The notes under the pieces are model-generated. The model made no database searches and was not told the DNA's origin. It was given only the letters and a program-made list of their open reading frames with translations. This document shows, piece by piece, positions 1 to 8,806 of a stretch of 32,000 nt of DNA. Where the stretch lies: positions 4,140,001 to 4,172,000 of the forward strand of contig NZ_CP021983.2 of assembly GCF_002075285.3 (NCBI RefSeq), given 5' to 3'. Within the stretch, counting starts at the first letter, position 1. Every line of letters starts with the position of its first letter. The position numbers were made by a program, and so were the translations under genes. The DNA is from Halomicronema hongdechloris C2206 (GTDB lineage: Bacteria; Cyanobacteriota; Cyanobacteriia; Phormidesmidales; Phormidesmidaceae).

Positions 1-136
1 TTCTACCTCGAGTGAAGTGGCGCAGATAACGGCACAGCAATCAGAGTCATGGTCGTGAATCCATGGCTGATGCCTGACCTTAGGTAGCATCTCTGCGTTG
101 AGTTAACGTTCTGGCCCTTGATTTTCCATAGCTCCT

Positions 137-1270
137 ATGCGCATCGCCCTCTTCACAGAAACCTTTTTGCCCAAGGTCGATGGGATTGTGACGCGGCTCA
201 AACACACGGTGGATCACCTGCAACGCCTGGGAGATCAGGTGATGGTGTTTTCTCCGGAAGGAGGGCTGAGGGAATATAAGGGGGCTCAGATCCGGGGGGT
301 GTCGGGCATGCCCTTTCCCCTGTATCCCGAGTTGAAGCTGGCTTTACCCCGTCCCTCCATTGGTGAATCCCTGGAGGACTTCAAACCGGATTTAGTCCAT
401 GTGGTCAATCCTGCCGTGTTGGGGCTGGCGGGCATTTATTATGCCAAGACCCTGCGTCTGCCCTTGGTGGCTTCTTACCATACCCATCTGCCCAAGTATC
501 TGGAGCACTATGGCTTGGGCATGTTGGAGGGGCTGATGTGGGAGTTGATTAAGGCCATGCATAACCAGGCTCAGCTGAATCTCTGCACCTCTACGGCCAT
601 GCGGTCGGAACTCAGTGATCATGGCATCGAGCGGGTCGAGGTGTGGCAGCGGGGGGTGGATACGGAACTGTTTCGGCCGGCGTTGGCTAGCGTTGAGATG
701 CGATCGCATCTCAGCCAAGGCCATCCCGACGCCCCCCTGCTACTCTACATTGGTCGTCTCTCGGCCGAGAAAGAAATCGATCAGATTAAACCGGTGCTGC
801 AGGCCATTCCGGGGGCCCGGCTGGCCCTGGTGGGAGACGGCCCTTACCGGGCGGAGCTAGAGAAGCATTTTGAAGACACGCCGACCCACTTCGTGGGCTA
901 TCTGGAAGGGGAGCAACTGGCGGCAGCCTACGCCGCCGCCGATGCCTTCATTTTCCCGTCCCGTACCGAAACTCTGGGGTTAGTGCTGCTGGAAGCCATG
1001 GCTGCCGGTTGTCCAGTGGTGGCGGCTGACTCTGGCGGCATTCCCGACATCGTCACCGATGGGGTCAACGGTTATCTATTCGATCCTGTCGATGAGCAAG
1101 GAGCCGTCATCGCCACTCGTCGGTTGCTATCGGGGCAGACTGACCGAGAAGCCCTACGCCACAATGCCCGGGCCGAGGCAGAAAAATGGGGTTGGTCAGC
1201 CGCCACCCAGCAACTGCAAGGGTTCTATCAAGCGGTGTTGGCGGAGTTAGCCATGCCCTTGGCAGCTTAG
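137..1270 (+). CDS. sqdX: GT4-family glycosyltransferase, SqdX-like sulfoquinovosyl-diacylglycerol synthase
   Basis: 377-aa ORF with an ATG start. The N-terminus MRIALFTETFLPKVDGIVTRL and the GT-B donor-binding stretch FIFPSRTETLGLVLLEAMAAGCPVVAADSGGIPDIV are GT4 hallmarks. The SqdX assignment is from my recall of cyanobacterial SqdX sequences, not a search. Confidence 0.75.
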   Translation: MRIALFTETFLPKVDGIVTRLKHTVDHLQRLGDQVMVFSPEGGLREYKGAQIRGVSGMPFPLYPELKLALPRPSIGESLEDFKPDLVHVVNPAVLGLAGIYYAKTLRLPLVASYHTHLPKYLEHYGLGMLEGLMWELIKAMHNQAQLNLCTSTAMRSELSDHGIERVEVWQRGVDTELFRPALASVEMRSHLSQGHPDAPLLLYIGRLSAEKEIDQIKPVLQAIPGARLALVGDGPYRAELEKHFEDTPTHFVGYLEGEQLAAAYAAADAFIFPSRTETLGLVLLEAMAAGCPVVAADSGGIPDIVTDGVNGYLFDPVDEQGAVIATRRLLSGQTDREALRHNARAEAEKWGWSAATQQLQGFYQAVLAELAMPLAA

Positions 1271-1410
1271 GCATTCTTGCTGAGGAATCCCTTAGGGACA
1301 AGGGGGCAGGGGAGCGAGGAAACAGCCTTGATGGCCAAACAGTCGGAAATCGGTAGTCTCGGAATGACTCGTGACCAGTGCTCTGCAGCAGAAATAGCGC
1401 CTCTCAGACA

Positions 1411-2853
1411 TCAGGCCAGGCCAGCAAACTCATCGATGACCTGGAATAGTTGGCTAATGTGGCAGGTGTCGGTATAGGGATTCAGCAGCACCAGCTTCAG
1501 CCAGCGCTGCCCCCGATAGGCCGGCAGAGAGAGAAACCAGGAGCGCTTTTGCAGATAGGTCTGCAGGTTAGCGTTCCAGGTATCCCACTGAGCTGAGGGC
1601 AGGGTGGAGGGACAGCCGCGAAAGCAAACAATATTCATCTCAGGGTGACTGGCCAGTTCCAGAAAGGGGCGGCGATGGATTTCCTGAAGCACCTGTTCAG
1701 TCAGGCGATAACTGGCCTCAATCAAACGGTCGTAGCCTTGCCGTCCCAAATGTTGCAGGGATAGCCATAGCTTCAGCACATCCACATGGCGGGTCCCCTG
1801 GACGGCAATTTCTCCCAAATTGGTCCAGTCGGCATCGCTGTTCATGTAGGGGGCAGCTACCCGAAAGTGATGGTGCAGCTGCGCCATGTCTCGAAACAGA
1901 ACCGAGGCACAGGTCTTAGTCACGTACAGCCACTTCTGGGGGTTGACGGTGATGGAATCGGCCTGCTCGATGCCGGCTAGGCGCCAGCGCTGTCGCTGAG
2001 AAAAGATCAAGGCGCCGCCGTAGGCGGCATCCACGTGGAACCATAGGCCCTGCTCGCGGGCGATGGCAGCAATCTCCAGGAGAGGGTCGATGTTGCCGGT
2101 GACGGTCGTGCCCGCCGTGGCCACGATGGCGAAGGGATGCTGGCCCAGGGCTCGGCTCTGCTGGATGCGATCGCACAACTGCTGCGGCTGCAGTTGCGAA
2201 TTCTGATTCACCGATATCGGCACCACCGCCTCTGTGCCCAACCCCAGCATCATGGCCGCCTTATGAATGGAAGTGTGCGCCACCGCCGAAGCCAAAATCA
2301 CCGGCGCCTTTTCTAGACCCACAATTCCCCGTCGCAGACTGCCGAGCTTAGCATTACGGGCCACCGCCAGTGCCTGCAGATTAGCCAGGGAGCCGCCACT
2401 GACCAAGCTGCCCCCGGCAGACTCTGGCAAGCCAAACTCTCGGGCCAGTTCCTGCAATACCTGCGGTTCCAGCTGAGAAAAGACAGGAGACATCTCCACA
2501 CTCAACATATTGTTGTTGAGCGCCGCTGCCACCCAATCTGCCAGCACCGACGCCGTCGTTGGCAGAGGGTCCATATGACCTAAATAGCCTGGGTGAGCTG
2601 GGTTCATAGCCTGGGCCATGAGCTGCCACAGCTGCTCCAACAGAGCCGCCATCTCGGTGGGCTGATCCGGGATCCTAGCCGAAACCCCCTGTTTCACCTC
2701 AGGCAATGGCTGATGACCAGCAGCTTGGGTGAGATAGTCCAGAATGTGAAGTGTCACCTGCTGCACCAGGCTCTCGATCTCAGATCGATTATTGCCGAAG
2801 GGGTCAATGAATGCCGTACCAGGTAAACCAGATAGCGCCACGGTGAATTTCAA
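1411..2853 (-). CDS. Group II pyridoxal-phosphate-dependent decarboxylase (substrate not assignable)
   Basis: 480-aa ORF. Motifs HVDAAYGG and SITVNPQKW (Schiff-base Lys) are typical of DDC/GAD/DABA-decarboxylase-type enzymes. The start is TTG 2853 or GTG 2841; there is no upstream ATG. Confidence 0.8.
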   Translation of the reverse strand: MKFTVALSGLPGTAFIDPFGNNRSEIESLVQQVTLHILDYLTQAAGHQPLPEVKQGVSARIPDQPTEMAALLEQLWQLMAQAMNPAHPGYLGHMDPLPTTASVLADWVAAALNNNMLSVEMSPVFSQLEPQVLQELAREFGLPESAGGSLVSGGSLANLQALAVARNAKLGSLRRGIVGLEKAPVILASAVAHTSIHKAAMMLGLGTEAVVPISVNQNSQLQPQQLCDRIQQSRALGQHPFAIVATAGTTVTGNIDPLLEIAAIAREQGLWFHVDAAYGGALIFSQRQRWRLAGIEQADSITVNPQKWLYVTKTCASVLFRDMAQLHHHFRVAAPYMNSDADWTNLGEIAVQGTRHVDVLKLWLSLQHLGRQGYDRLIEASYRLTEQVLQEIHRRPFLELASHPEMNIVCFRGCPSTLPSAQWDTWNANLQTYLQKRSWFLSLPAYRGQRWLKLVLLNPYTDTCHISQLFQVIDEFAGLA

Positions 2854-2942
2854 TCAGGGAACGTCCATTTATCTTGGCATCCAGGTCAGCTGCTTGGGTA
2901 GCCGTAGGGTTTTGGTCTCCCCACCCCCCCATCACTCTCCAC

Positions 2943-3449
2943 CTAATCTGTCTCTCCCGTTTCCTGCTGTAACAGAGCGAACTCTTGCTGCAACTTGGCT
3001 TCTCGAGCTTCAAGCTCAGCTCGTTGAGCCTCTAGGGCTTCCCGTTCTTGCTTCAAATTTTGTTCCAGGGCTTGGATTTCATCGCGGCGGGCGGCGGTTT
3101 CTAGGGCACGCCGGTCGACTTCTTGGCTCTTGAGGGTCAGCGATTGTCGCCAGCGTTCAGCCCGCTCGACTTCCGTGGCTAAAAAATCGGGCGTGACGCC
3201 ATGGGCTAAAAACTGGTCCACCAGAGCTAGCACCCATGGGGTGGCGTCCTCAACCGCGGTGACCTGGTGCAATGGGTTTAGCTCTACCAGCACCAGGTGT
3301 CCGGCTTCAAAGCCCACTAAGTCTGCTGCCTCGACGATGCGCTCAGATGTCAAACGCTCCCAGGTATATTCCCCAGTCTGTTGTGCCAAGAGCACCAATT
3401 CTGTACTCGCTAGAAATGCCCGTTGTTGAACTTTGGCCAGGTACTGCAT
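2943..3449 (-). CDS. Hypothetical protein with a C-terminal coiled coil
   Basis: 168-aa ORF with an ATG start. The C-terminal third is a charged heptad-like stretch (EREALEAQRAELEAREAKLQQE). No catalytic domain recognised. Confidence 0.6.
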   Translation of the reverse strand: MQYLAKVQQRAFLASTELVLLAQQTGEYTWERLTSERIVEAADLVGFEAGHLVLVELNPLHQVTAVEDATPWVLALVDQFLAHGVTPDFLATEVERAERWRQSLTLKSQEVDRRALETAARRDEIQALEQNLKQEREALEAQRAELEAREAKLQQEFALLQQETGETD

Positions 3450-3728
3450 AGAGAATCCAGGCGGTGGGTGCCTACGGACTGAGTATACCCTCAGTCTTCA
3501 TTACCAGAATGCACTATATACGGCAATGCAGCCGGATGGATATTGAAGGAGCTGTGCCAGAAAAAAGACAGGCACACGAGGCGGTGGGATCCCCCTGAAT
3601 TTGCTGTAGAACTCACAGTAGCGAACCGACTACGATTTCGCCAGTTCTACAGAGTTCTGGGTTGGTCGGAGGAGTGATTTACGCGAGCCAGCAGCTGTCG
3701 TACGTGAGACCCATCCGCAAGCAAGATT

Positions 3729-4388
3729 ATGAGTCAATCCATCACGGTGTCCTGGTCGTCTATACCGGCTACTCAAGGATCAGTAGCCGCTCCTGACCAA
3801 CTGTCTAATTCCGAATTGATCGAACGGTGCCAAGCGCAGCTGCGGCCTGATCGAGTGGCGTTTGCCGAATTACTGCGGCGTTATCAGTCCCACATCGATC
3901 GCCTGCTGTATCATTTGGCCCCAGACTGGTCGGATCGCGCTGATCTGGCTCAGGAAGTCTGGATTCGGGTGTATCGCAATATTCGACGGTTGAACGATCC
4001 TAGGAAGTTTAAGGGATGGTTGAGTCGCATTGCTACCAACCTGTTCTACGACGAGCTGCGCAAGCGCAAACGGGTGAACCCGGCGCTCTCGTTGGATGCT
4101 CCTCGCTTACTGCATGACGGTGAGGTGGAGTGGGAATTGCCCACAGATGAGCCCAGCCCGGTCGATAGTCTGATGACTCAGGAGTTTTACGACCATCTGC
4201 AACAATCCATCGCCGAGCTGCCTGAGGTGTTTCGCACCACCATCGTGTTGCGAGAGATTCAAGGGTTGGCCTACGAAGAGATTGCCGACATCACGGGAGT
4301 ATCTTTGGGGACGGTGAAGTCCCGCATTGCTCGGGCCCGGCAACGGCTCCAGACCGACCTGCATCCTTATCTGGATGCTCACCTGTAG
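3729..4388 (+). CDS. ECF-type (group 4) sigma-70 family RNA polymerase sigma factor
   Basis: Region 2 is DLAQEVWIRVYRNIRRL...WLSRIATNLFYDELRKRKR. The region 4 HTH is YEEIADITGVSLGTVKSRIARARQRL. Confidence 0.9.
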   Translation: MSQSITVSWSSIPATQGSVAAPDQLSNSELIERCQAQLRPDRVAFAELLRRYQSHIDRLLYHLAPDWSDRADLAQEVWIRVYRNIRRLNDPRKFKGWLSRIATNLFYDELRKRKRVNPALSLDAPRLLHDGEVEWELPTDEPSPVDSLMTQEFYDHLQQSIAELPEVFRTTIVLREIQGLAYEEIADITGVSLGTVKSRIARARQRLQTDLHPYLDAHL

Positions 4389-4645
4389 CAACCGCCACAG
4401 CGCTGTGTACGGTTGTCGTCTAGCCAGCCTTCCTAGAATCAGGGATTGCATCGACTTGGGCTGACCGGTAGCCGTTATATTTACATAGCTCATAGGAATA
4501 GTGGTCAGGGCGAAGAAAACTAATCATTGTGGGGTCACGCGTTTCCTGAGGTTGCGATTAAGATCGAGGTTGACTGAGTAGTTACTACTCACGCTGCCAT
4601 CTTGTTCGATTAGGTGATCTGGTTTCGGTAGGACTCCCACCTGAT

Positions 4646-5176
4646 ATGACCTCTAAACAGTATTCGCCATTGACCTGTGAGCATCTCGCCCGTAGTCGTT
4701 CGGTTGAGACTATGCGGGAGCCGATACAGGAGTTGGATGTGATCAAGCGAGACCGTTTCGAATTGCTGAGTGCCTATCTAGACGGGGAAGTGAGCCCTGA
4801 TGAACGGCACCTAGTCAATACTTGGCTGAGTAGTGATCCGAGCGCCAAGTGTCTCTACCAGCGGCTTTTGCATCTACGTCAGGGGTTTCAAACCTCAATG
4901 CCGCCAGCCTCTCGCGATTGTGAAGCCACGATACAGGGTGTATTTCACTGTCTCAATCGGCGTCTGCGGCTAACCTGCATGGCCAGTGTTGGCGTGGTAG
5001 TCTTAGGCATCTTGGGTGGACTCTCGAATGCCTGGGCTCCCCGCCTCGGCGGAGTGGCCACGATGGTGGGCCTGCCAGGAGCCTCCAGTGGCGACCTGCA
5101 AATTACCCTGGACCAACCTGCGATCGCAATTCCCAAAGCGGGTGCCGTTGTCCCCGAGGCCCCCGTAGACAATTGA
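4646..5176 (+). CDS. Putative membrane anti-sigma factor
   Basis: Lies downstream of the ECF sigma gene. It has the anti-sigma N-terminal motif LSAYLDGEVSPDERHLVNTWL and one hydrophobic helix (LTCMASVGVVVLGILGGL). The start could be ATG 4712 instead of 4646. Confidence 0.65.
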   Translation: MTSKQYSPLTCEHLARSRSVETMREPIQELDVIKRDRFELLSAYLDGEVSPDERHLVNTWLSSDPSAKCLYQRLLHLRQGFQTSMPPASRDCEATIQGVFHCLNRRLRLTCMASVGVVVLGILGGLSNAWAPRLGGVATMVGLPGASSGDLQITLDQPAIAIPKAGAVVPEAPVDN

Positions 5177-5485
5177 TCTCCCCGATTCTGACCCATCGGG
5201 CCCCTGCGGGAGCTCTGGGGACGGAAACGGCAATGGTTTAGAGCACATCTAAGTCCCCTAGTGGTTCATGGCTCCTGCAGCCCAGGCAACCGTTGGGGGG
5301 CTCGCCATTTTAAACAGCTGTTTTTGTAGACTGTGGGTGATTGCGGGCTTTGAATACTCCAATGATGCCATCGTGGTCATTGCCCCCAGAGGCTAACCCC
5401 AAGGCCACAGAAATACCGGTAAGATCGGGGCAACGTCACCCGTTTGCGCGTCTGCGTCTGCTGTTGTATTTCGAGGACTAGCGCC

Positions 5486-7630
5486 ATGGCCTTTGACATC
5501 CGTCGCCTTGATGGTCTCGACTACGACGATGCCGAGCCCTTACTGGAGGACTACATTATCGAGGCCGTCGAGGCCTTTGCCAACTCAGCTACCGGCAAAG
5601 CCCACATAGAGCGGTTTCCAGAGGGCGGAGACTGGATTGGCACCTTCATCGAAATGGCCTACCTCTATGGCGGCTTTACCTTATCTAAGATGACCAAGGC
5701 CAACGCCCAGGAGGTGATGGAGTACATTCTGCCGCGCAAGCTGACTCTGCTGGATCCCAGCGATACTGATGGGGCCATTGATGAGCTGGTGGCCTTCTGG
5801 CGGTTTCTTGCCAAGACCTATCGCTTGCGCAGCGCCCATGCGATCGCAGCCTACCTGCAGTCCATCGCAGATAAATTTCCCCAATGGATGTTCGACCCAG
5901 CTCGGGGAGGGATGGCCAAAAATTTCATGATGCAGGGTCTGCAAGCCGGTTACGACATGACCACCCAGGAAGGGTTGGAGACCTTTCAGGCCGAATACAA
6001 CCGAAACCTGCCAGCCCAATCGTCAACCCCGGCAGGGATGCTCGATATCCCCATCCCCATGGATACCCCCCCCGCCGACATGAAAGCCGTCTTCGATCAG
6101 CTGGGGCTAGAGCTGCCCGAGGTGGGGCAGCCAGTCAACCTAAAGGCCCTGGCAGAGCAGTTCCTGGGAGTCTTGGAGCAGCTCGATCCGGCTGAGGCAG
6201 AGCAGCTGATCGCTAGTATGGAAGACGATCTAGACGATCTAGACGACGCCAGCATCGAAGCACCTCCCTCAGCCGCTGCAGGCGGCCAATCCACTGACCT
6301 GCGCACGCTGCTGCTGCAGGACAGTTTCAACCAGGACATCCCGTTAACGGAAGCAGAGCAAGCCCTACTGCGGGATACAACCATCAGCGAGACAGGCCCC
6401 GGCACGATTCTGCAAGACTTTCAAACCACCTTAGACTTCATCGGGGCCGATGGGGTACCGGTCAGCGGCAAGCTACAACACCTTTCCCTGAAGCTACTCG
6501 GAGAGCTAAATGGGCAATTGAGCCATCCCATCGCCATTGACCTGAAGCGACCCCAGCAAAAATCCTATCCCAACATCCACGGGCTCTACTTACTGCTGCG
6601 GGCCACCGGCATCACCGAGGTCGTGGCCAAGGGTAAACAATTGCGGCTGCGGCTGCATCCTGATGTATATGCTTCCTGGCAGCAGCTGACCCCCGCCGAG
6701 CGATACTTTACCCTGCTAGAAGCCTGGTTCCTTCGCAGTCATCCAGAAATGTTGGGCGAAGAGCGCTCCGGTCCTTTTACCATGGGCGATCGTTGCCTCA
6801 AAGTGTGGCCCACCCTACATCAGAAAACCAACCAAACCTTCCCGGACTATGGCCGTCAGGACATTCTCGCCTACTGGCCCGGCTTCTATAACATTGCCTT
6901 GATGGAGATGTTTGGCTTCGTTGAGCTGACCCACGGCAAACCCGACCCAGGCAAGGGCTGGCGCCTGAAAAAGCTCATGCCCTGCAATTGGGGCAATGCC
7001 CTGATGAAGCTGCTATTCAACGCTCACATGGCCGTCGGCTTACAGTGGCCTAGTGCCATGGATGCTACCCAGCCCTTTGGCGATCTCCAGCCTATCCTGC
7101 AACCCTATTTCCCAGACTGGCAACAAAACTTAGCGGTGCCCAGCTACCCCTTCCGCCCCGGACGACACATTTTCAAAGTGTCCTTGGGCAACATCTGGCG
7201 ACGGATCGGGATCTCGGGTGAAGCAACCCTGGCCGATCTGAGTCAGGTAATTCTGAACTCGGTCGGGTTTGACCGGGATCATCTGGATCAGTTCACCTAC
7301 AAGTCGCCCACGGGCCGCACGGTGGAAGTCATGCATCCTGGGTTCACCTATGACGAGGGCTTGCCGACCACAGTGGAAGTCCTCATCGGCAGTCTGCCAC
7401 TGTCGGAAGGCGGCACCATGGAATACCTGTTCGACTTTGGCGACTGCTGGAGATTTCAGGTACAGCTAGAAGCCATAGACCCTGAGGCCGACTCGGAAGC
7501 CCCGCCAGCATCCCGCAAGACTAAGCCAGCAAAGAAGCGCCGGGCCAAAAAACAGCGCCCTGTCGGCGAAGTCTTAGCCGCCCACGGCGAAGCCCCCGAG
7601 CAATATCCAGTCTACGAGGATGAGTGGTGA
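5486..7630 (+). CDS. pRiA4b ORF-3 / MM3350-like family protein with a large N-terminal extension
   Basis: The C-terminal MEYLFDFGDCWRFQVQLE matches the conserved core of the pRiA4b ORF-3 family. The track start 5444 is a TTG giving MRVCVCCC; ATG 5486 (MAFDIRRL) is preferred. The tail is Lys/Arg-rich. Confidence 0.75.
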   Translation: MAFDIRRLDGLDYDDAEPLLEDYIIEAVEAFANSATGKAHIERFPEGGDWIGTFIEMAYLYGGFTLSKMTKANAQEVMEYILPRKLTLLDPSDTDGAIDELVAFWRFLAKTYRLRSAHAIAAYLQSIADKFPQWMFDPARGGMAKNFMMQGLQAGYDMTTQEGLETFQAEYNRNLPAQSSTPAGMLDIPIPMDTPPADMKAVFDQLGLELPEVGQPVNLKALAEQFLGVLEQLDPAEAEQLIASMEDDLDDLDDASIEAPPSAAAGGQSTDLRTLLLQDSFNQDIPLTEAEQALLRDTTISETGPGTILQDFQTTLDFIGADGVPVSGKLQHLSLKLLGELNGQLSHPIAIDLKRPQQKSYPNIHGLYLLLRATGITEVVAKGKQLRLRLHPDVYASWQQLTPAERYFTLLEAWFLRSHPEMLGEERSGPFTMGDRCLKVWPTLHQKTNQTFPDYGRQDILAYWPGFYNIALMEMFGFVELTHGKPDPGKGWRLKKLMPCNWGNALMKLLFNAHMAVGLQWPSAMDATQPFGDLQPILQPYFPDWQQNLAVPSYPFRPGRHIFKVSLGNIWRRIGISGEATLADLSQVILNSVGFDRDHLDQFTYKSPTGRTVEVMHPGFTYDEGLPTTVEVLIGSLPLSEGGTMEYLFDFGDCWRFQVQLEAIDPEADSEAPPASRKTKPAKKRRAKKQRPVGEVLAAHGEAPEQYPVYEDEW

Positions 7631-7650
7631 GAGGATGAGTGGTGAGAGGA
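7616..7650. repeat. 15-bp tandem duplication (2.3 copies) spanning the stop codon of the preceding gene
   Basis: GAGGATGAGTGGTGA occurs at 7616-7630 and again at 7631-7645, followed by GAGGA. Each copy encodes E-D-E-W-stop. Confidence 0.9.
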
Positions 7651-7675
7651 TTTCTCCGCGGTCTCAGTTCTTGCC

Positions 7676-7975
7676 ATGCTTTCTCAAGCAACTATCCAGC
7701 AAATCGCAAATCAAGTGGCTGAGCGCTTTCGCCCTGAGACAATCTTCTCTTTGGCAGCTATGCCCGTGGTGAAGTCCATGCTAATAGTGATTTGGATTTA
7801 CTCGTGGTGATGGATACTGTGGCCCCCGGAGGACAACGTAGTGCTCCGATTTTGAAAATGCTGGTCCCAATACTACGCTGAACCCATTGATGTGGTCGTA
7901 CGCTCAGCTCAGCGCTTAAAGGACCAAGACTATGCAACACTTAAACCCGCTATTCCAGCCTGTAGGCTAAGTCTA
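7676..7975 (+). pseudogene. Minimal nucleotidyltransferase (MNT-like) pseudogene with at least two frameshifts
   Basis: Frame a gives MLSQATIQQIANQVAERFRPE from 7676. Frame b (7744-7878) gives LLFGSYARGEVHANSDLDLLVVMDTVAPGGQRSAPILKML, carrying the GS...DxD nucleotidyltransferase motif. Frame c (after about 7880) gives EPIDVVVRSAQRL. No single intact ORF exists. Confidence 0.7.
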
Positions 7976-7990
7976 AAGATTATAGGAGCA

Positions 7991-8062
7991 TGGGCGATAC
8001 TGGGTTCGAACCAGTGACCTCTTCCGTGTGAAGGAAGCGCGCTACCACTGTGCTAATCGCCC
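7991..8062 (-). tRNA. tRNA-Val (anticodon CAC)
   Basis: The reverse complement folds as a cloverleaf. Acceptor stem GGGCGAT/ATCGCCC; anticodon stem CTTCC/GGAAG with loop TTCACAC; T-arm ACTGG-TTCGAAC-CCAGT; discriminator A. There is one A-C mismatch in the D stem. CCA is not encoded. Confidence 0.85.
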
Positions 8063-8127
8063 GCTGGGCTACTTAATCTAGCACGACATCGGGCCAGGCA
8101 GCAATGCGCCAGGGGCGATCGAAGAGA

Positions 8128-8598
8128 TCAGGCCATATCTGAGGGCACCTGCCCCGAGGAGGGGTGCTGCAGTTGGGTCTGCAGCAGCGATTGCACATCC
8201 TGACGACGCACCTCAATGCCCTTGCGCACATTGCCAGGGGTATCGAAGAAGATGATGCTGTCGATGGGCTTCAGGGCCAGCATTTGAAACAGGATATGGG
8301 TAACGGGCAGCGGCAGGGCCATGACTTGGGGGTCTTTGACCGAGTGGGGGCCAGAGGCGACATCCTGGAGAGTGCAGTAGGCATAGACAATATTCTTGCG
8401 ATTCTCGGGTTGATTGCGATTACTCAGAGCCGTCATCACCCAATTTTGATCCAGGGTCTGCAAGATATAGTACTGGCCATGTTTGAGCTGCATCGCAATG
8501 GCTTTTAGGGTCGGTGCGATCGCACGCACCGCATCGGCTGTCATCCCATCATCGGGTGCTTCATCAATTAAGGTCTGTAGCTGCTGATCGAGATCCAT
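8128..8598 (-). CDS. Conserved hypothetical protein
   Basis: 156-aa ORF with an ATG start, host-like composition and no internal stops. No domain recognised. It is divergent from the HetZ-like gene. Confidence 0.6.
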   Translation of the reverse strand: MDLDQQLQTLIDEAPDDGMTADAVRAIAPTLKAIAMQLKHGQYYILQTLDQNWVMTALSNRNQPENRKNIVYAYCTLQDVASGPHSVKDPQVMALPLPVTHILFQMLALKPIDSIIFFDTPGNVRKGIEVRRQDVQSLLQTQLQHPSSGQVPSDMA

Positions 8599-8806
8599 GG
8601 GTTCCCTAATTCATTTGCGGCAGGTTGGTGTGCCAGTGCACTTCACCAAAGCTTTACATAGGGCTTGCTACCGGGGCAGAAGCCCCAGGCAAGTAGCTTT
8701 ACCAGAGCGTAGCATCATTGACATCGCCCCTAGTCTAGACCGAGATGCCATCAATGGGAGGACCTATGCTAGGGTTTTAAGGATCACATGCTGTCAGGGT
8801 ACTGCT

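Noticed and set aside
1-136. Possible 3' end of an upstream plus-strand gene (in-frame TGA at 13-15), e.g. sqdB preceding sqdX
   Set aside because: Only four codons are visible, so the claim cannot be supported.
392-724. Antisense or alternative-frame ORFs nested in long genes. Examples: 392-724, 615-860, 1916-2176, 2381-2629, 5681-6019, 6097-6405, 8164-8508, 8930-9307, 10974-11339, 12037-12306, 23653-23964, 31337-31867.
   Set aside because: They lie wholly inside much longer ORFs that have clear family motifs. They have Arg/Pro/Gly-rich shadow-frame composition typical of high-GC DNA, and no recognisable domains.
4389-4415. Hairpin CAACCG-C-CACAGC/GCTGTG-TA-CGGTTG just after the sigma-factor stop, as a terminator
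   Set aside because: The stem is good but no U-tract follows. The anti-sigma gene downstream may be co-transcribed, so I cannot call it a terminator from sequence alone.
5312-5323. 12-bp perfect palindrome AAACAGCTGTTT upstream of the pRiA4b-family gene, as an operator
   Set aside because: It is a single short palindrome containing a PvuII-type site. I have no second copy or partner regulator to support a regulatory call.
5444-5485. TTG-initiated N-terminal extension MRVCVCCCISRTSA of the pRiA4b-family ORF
   Set aside because: The Cys-rich peptide from a TTG start is implausible. An ATG with a sensible N-terminus (MAFDIRRLDG) follows at 5486.
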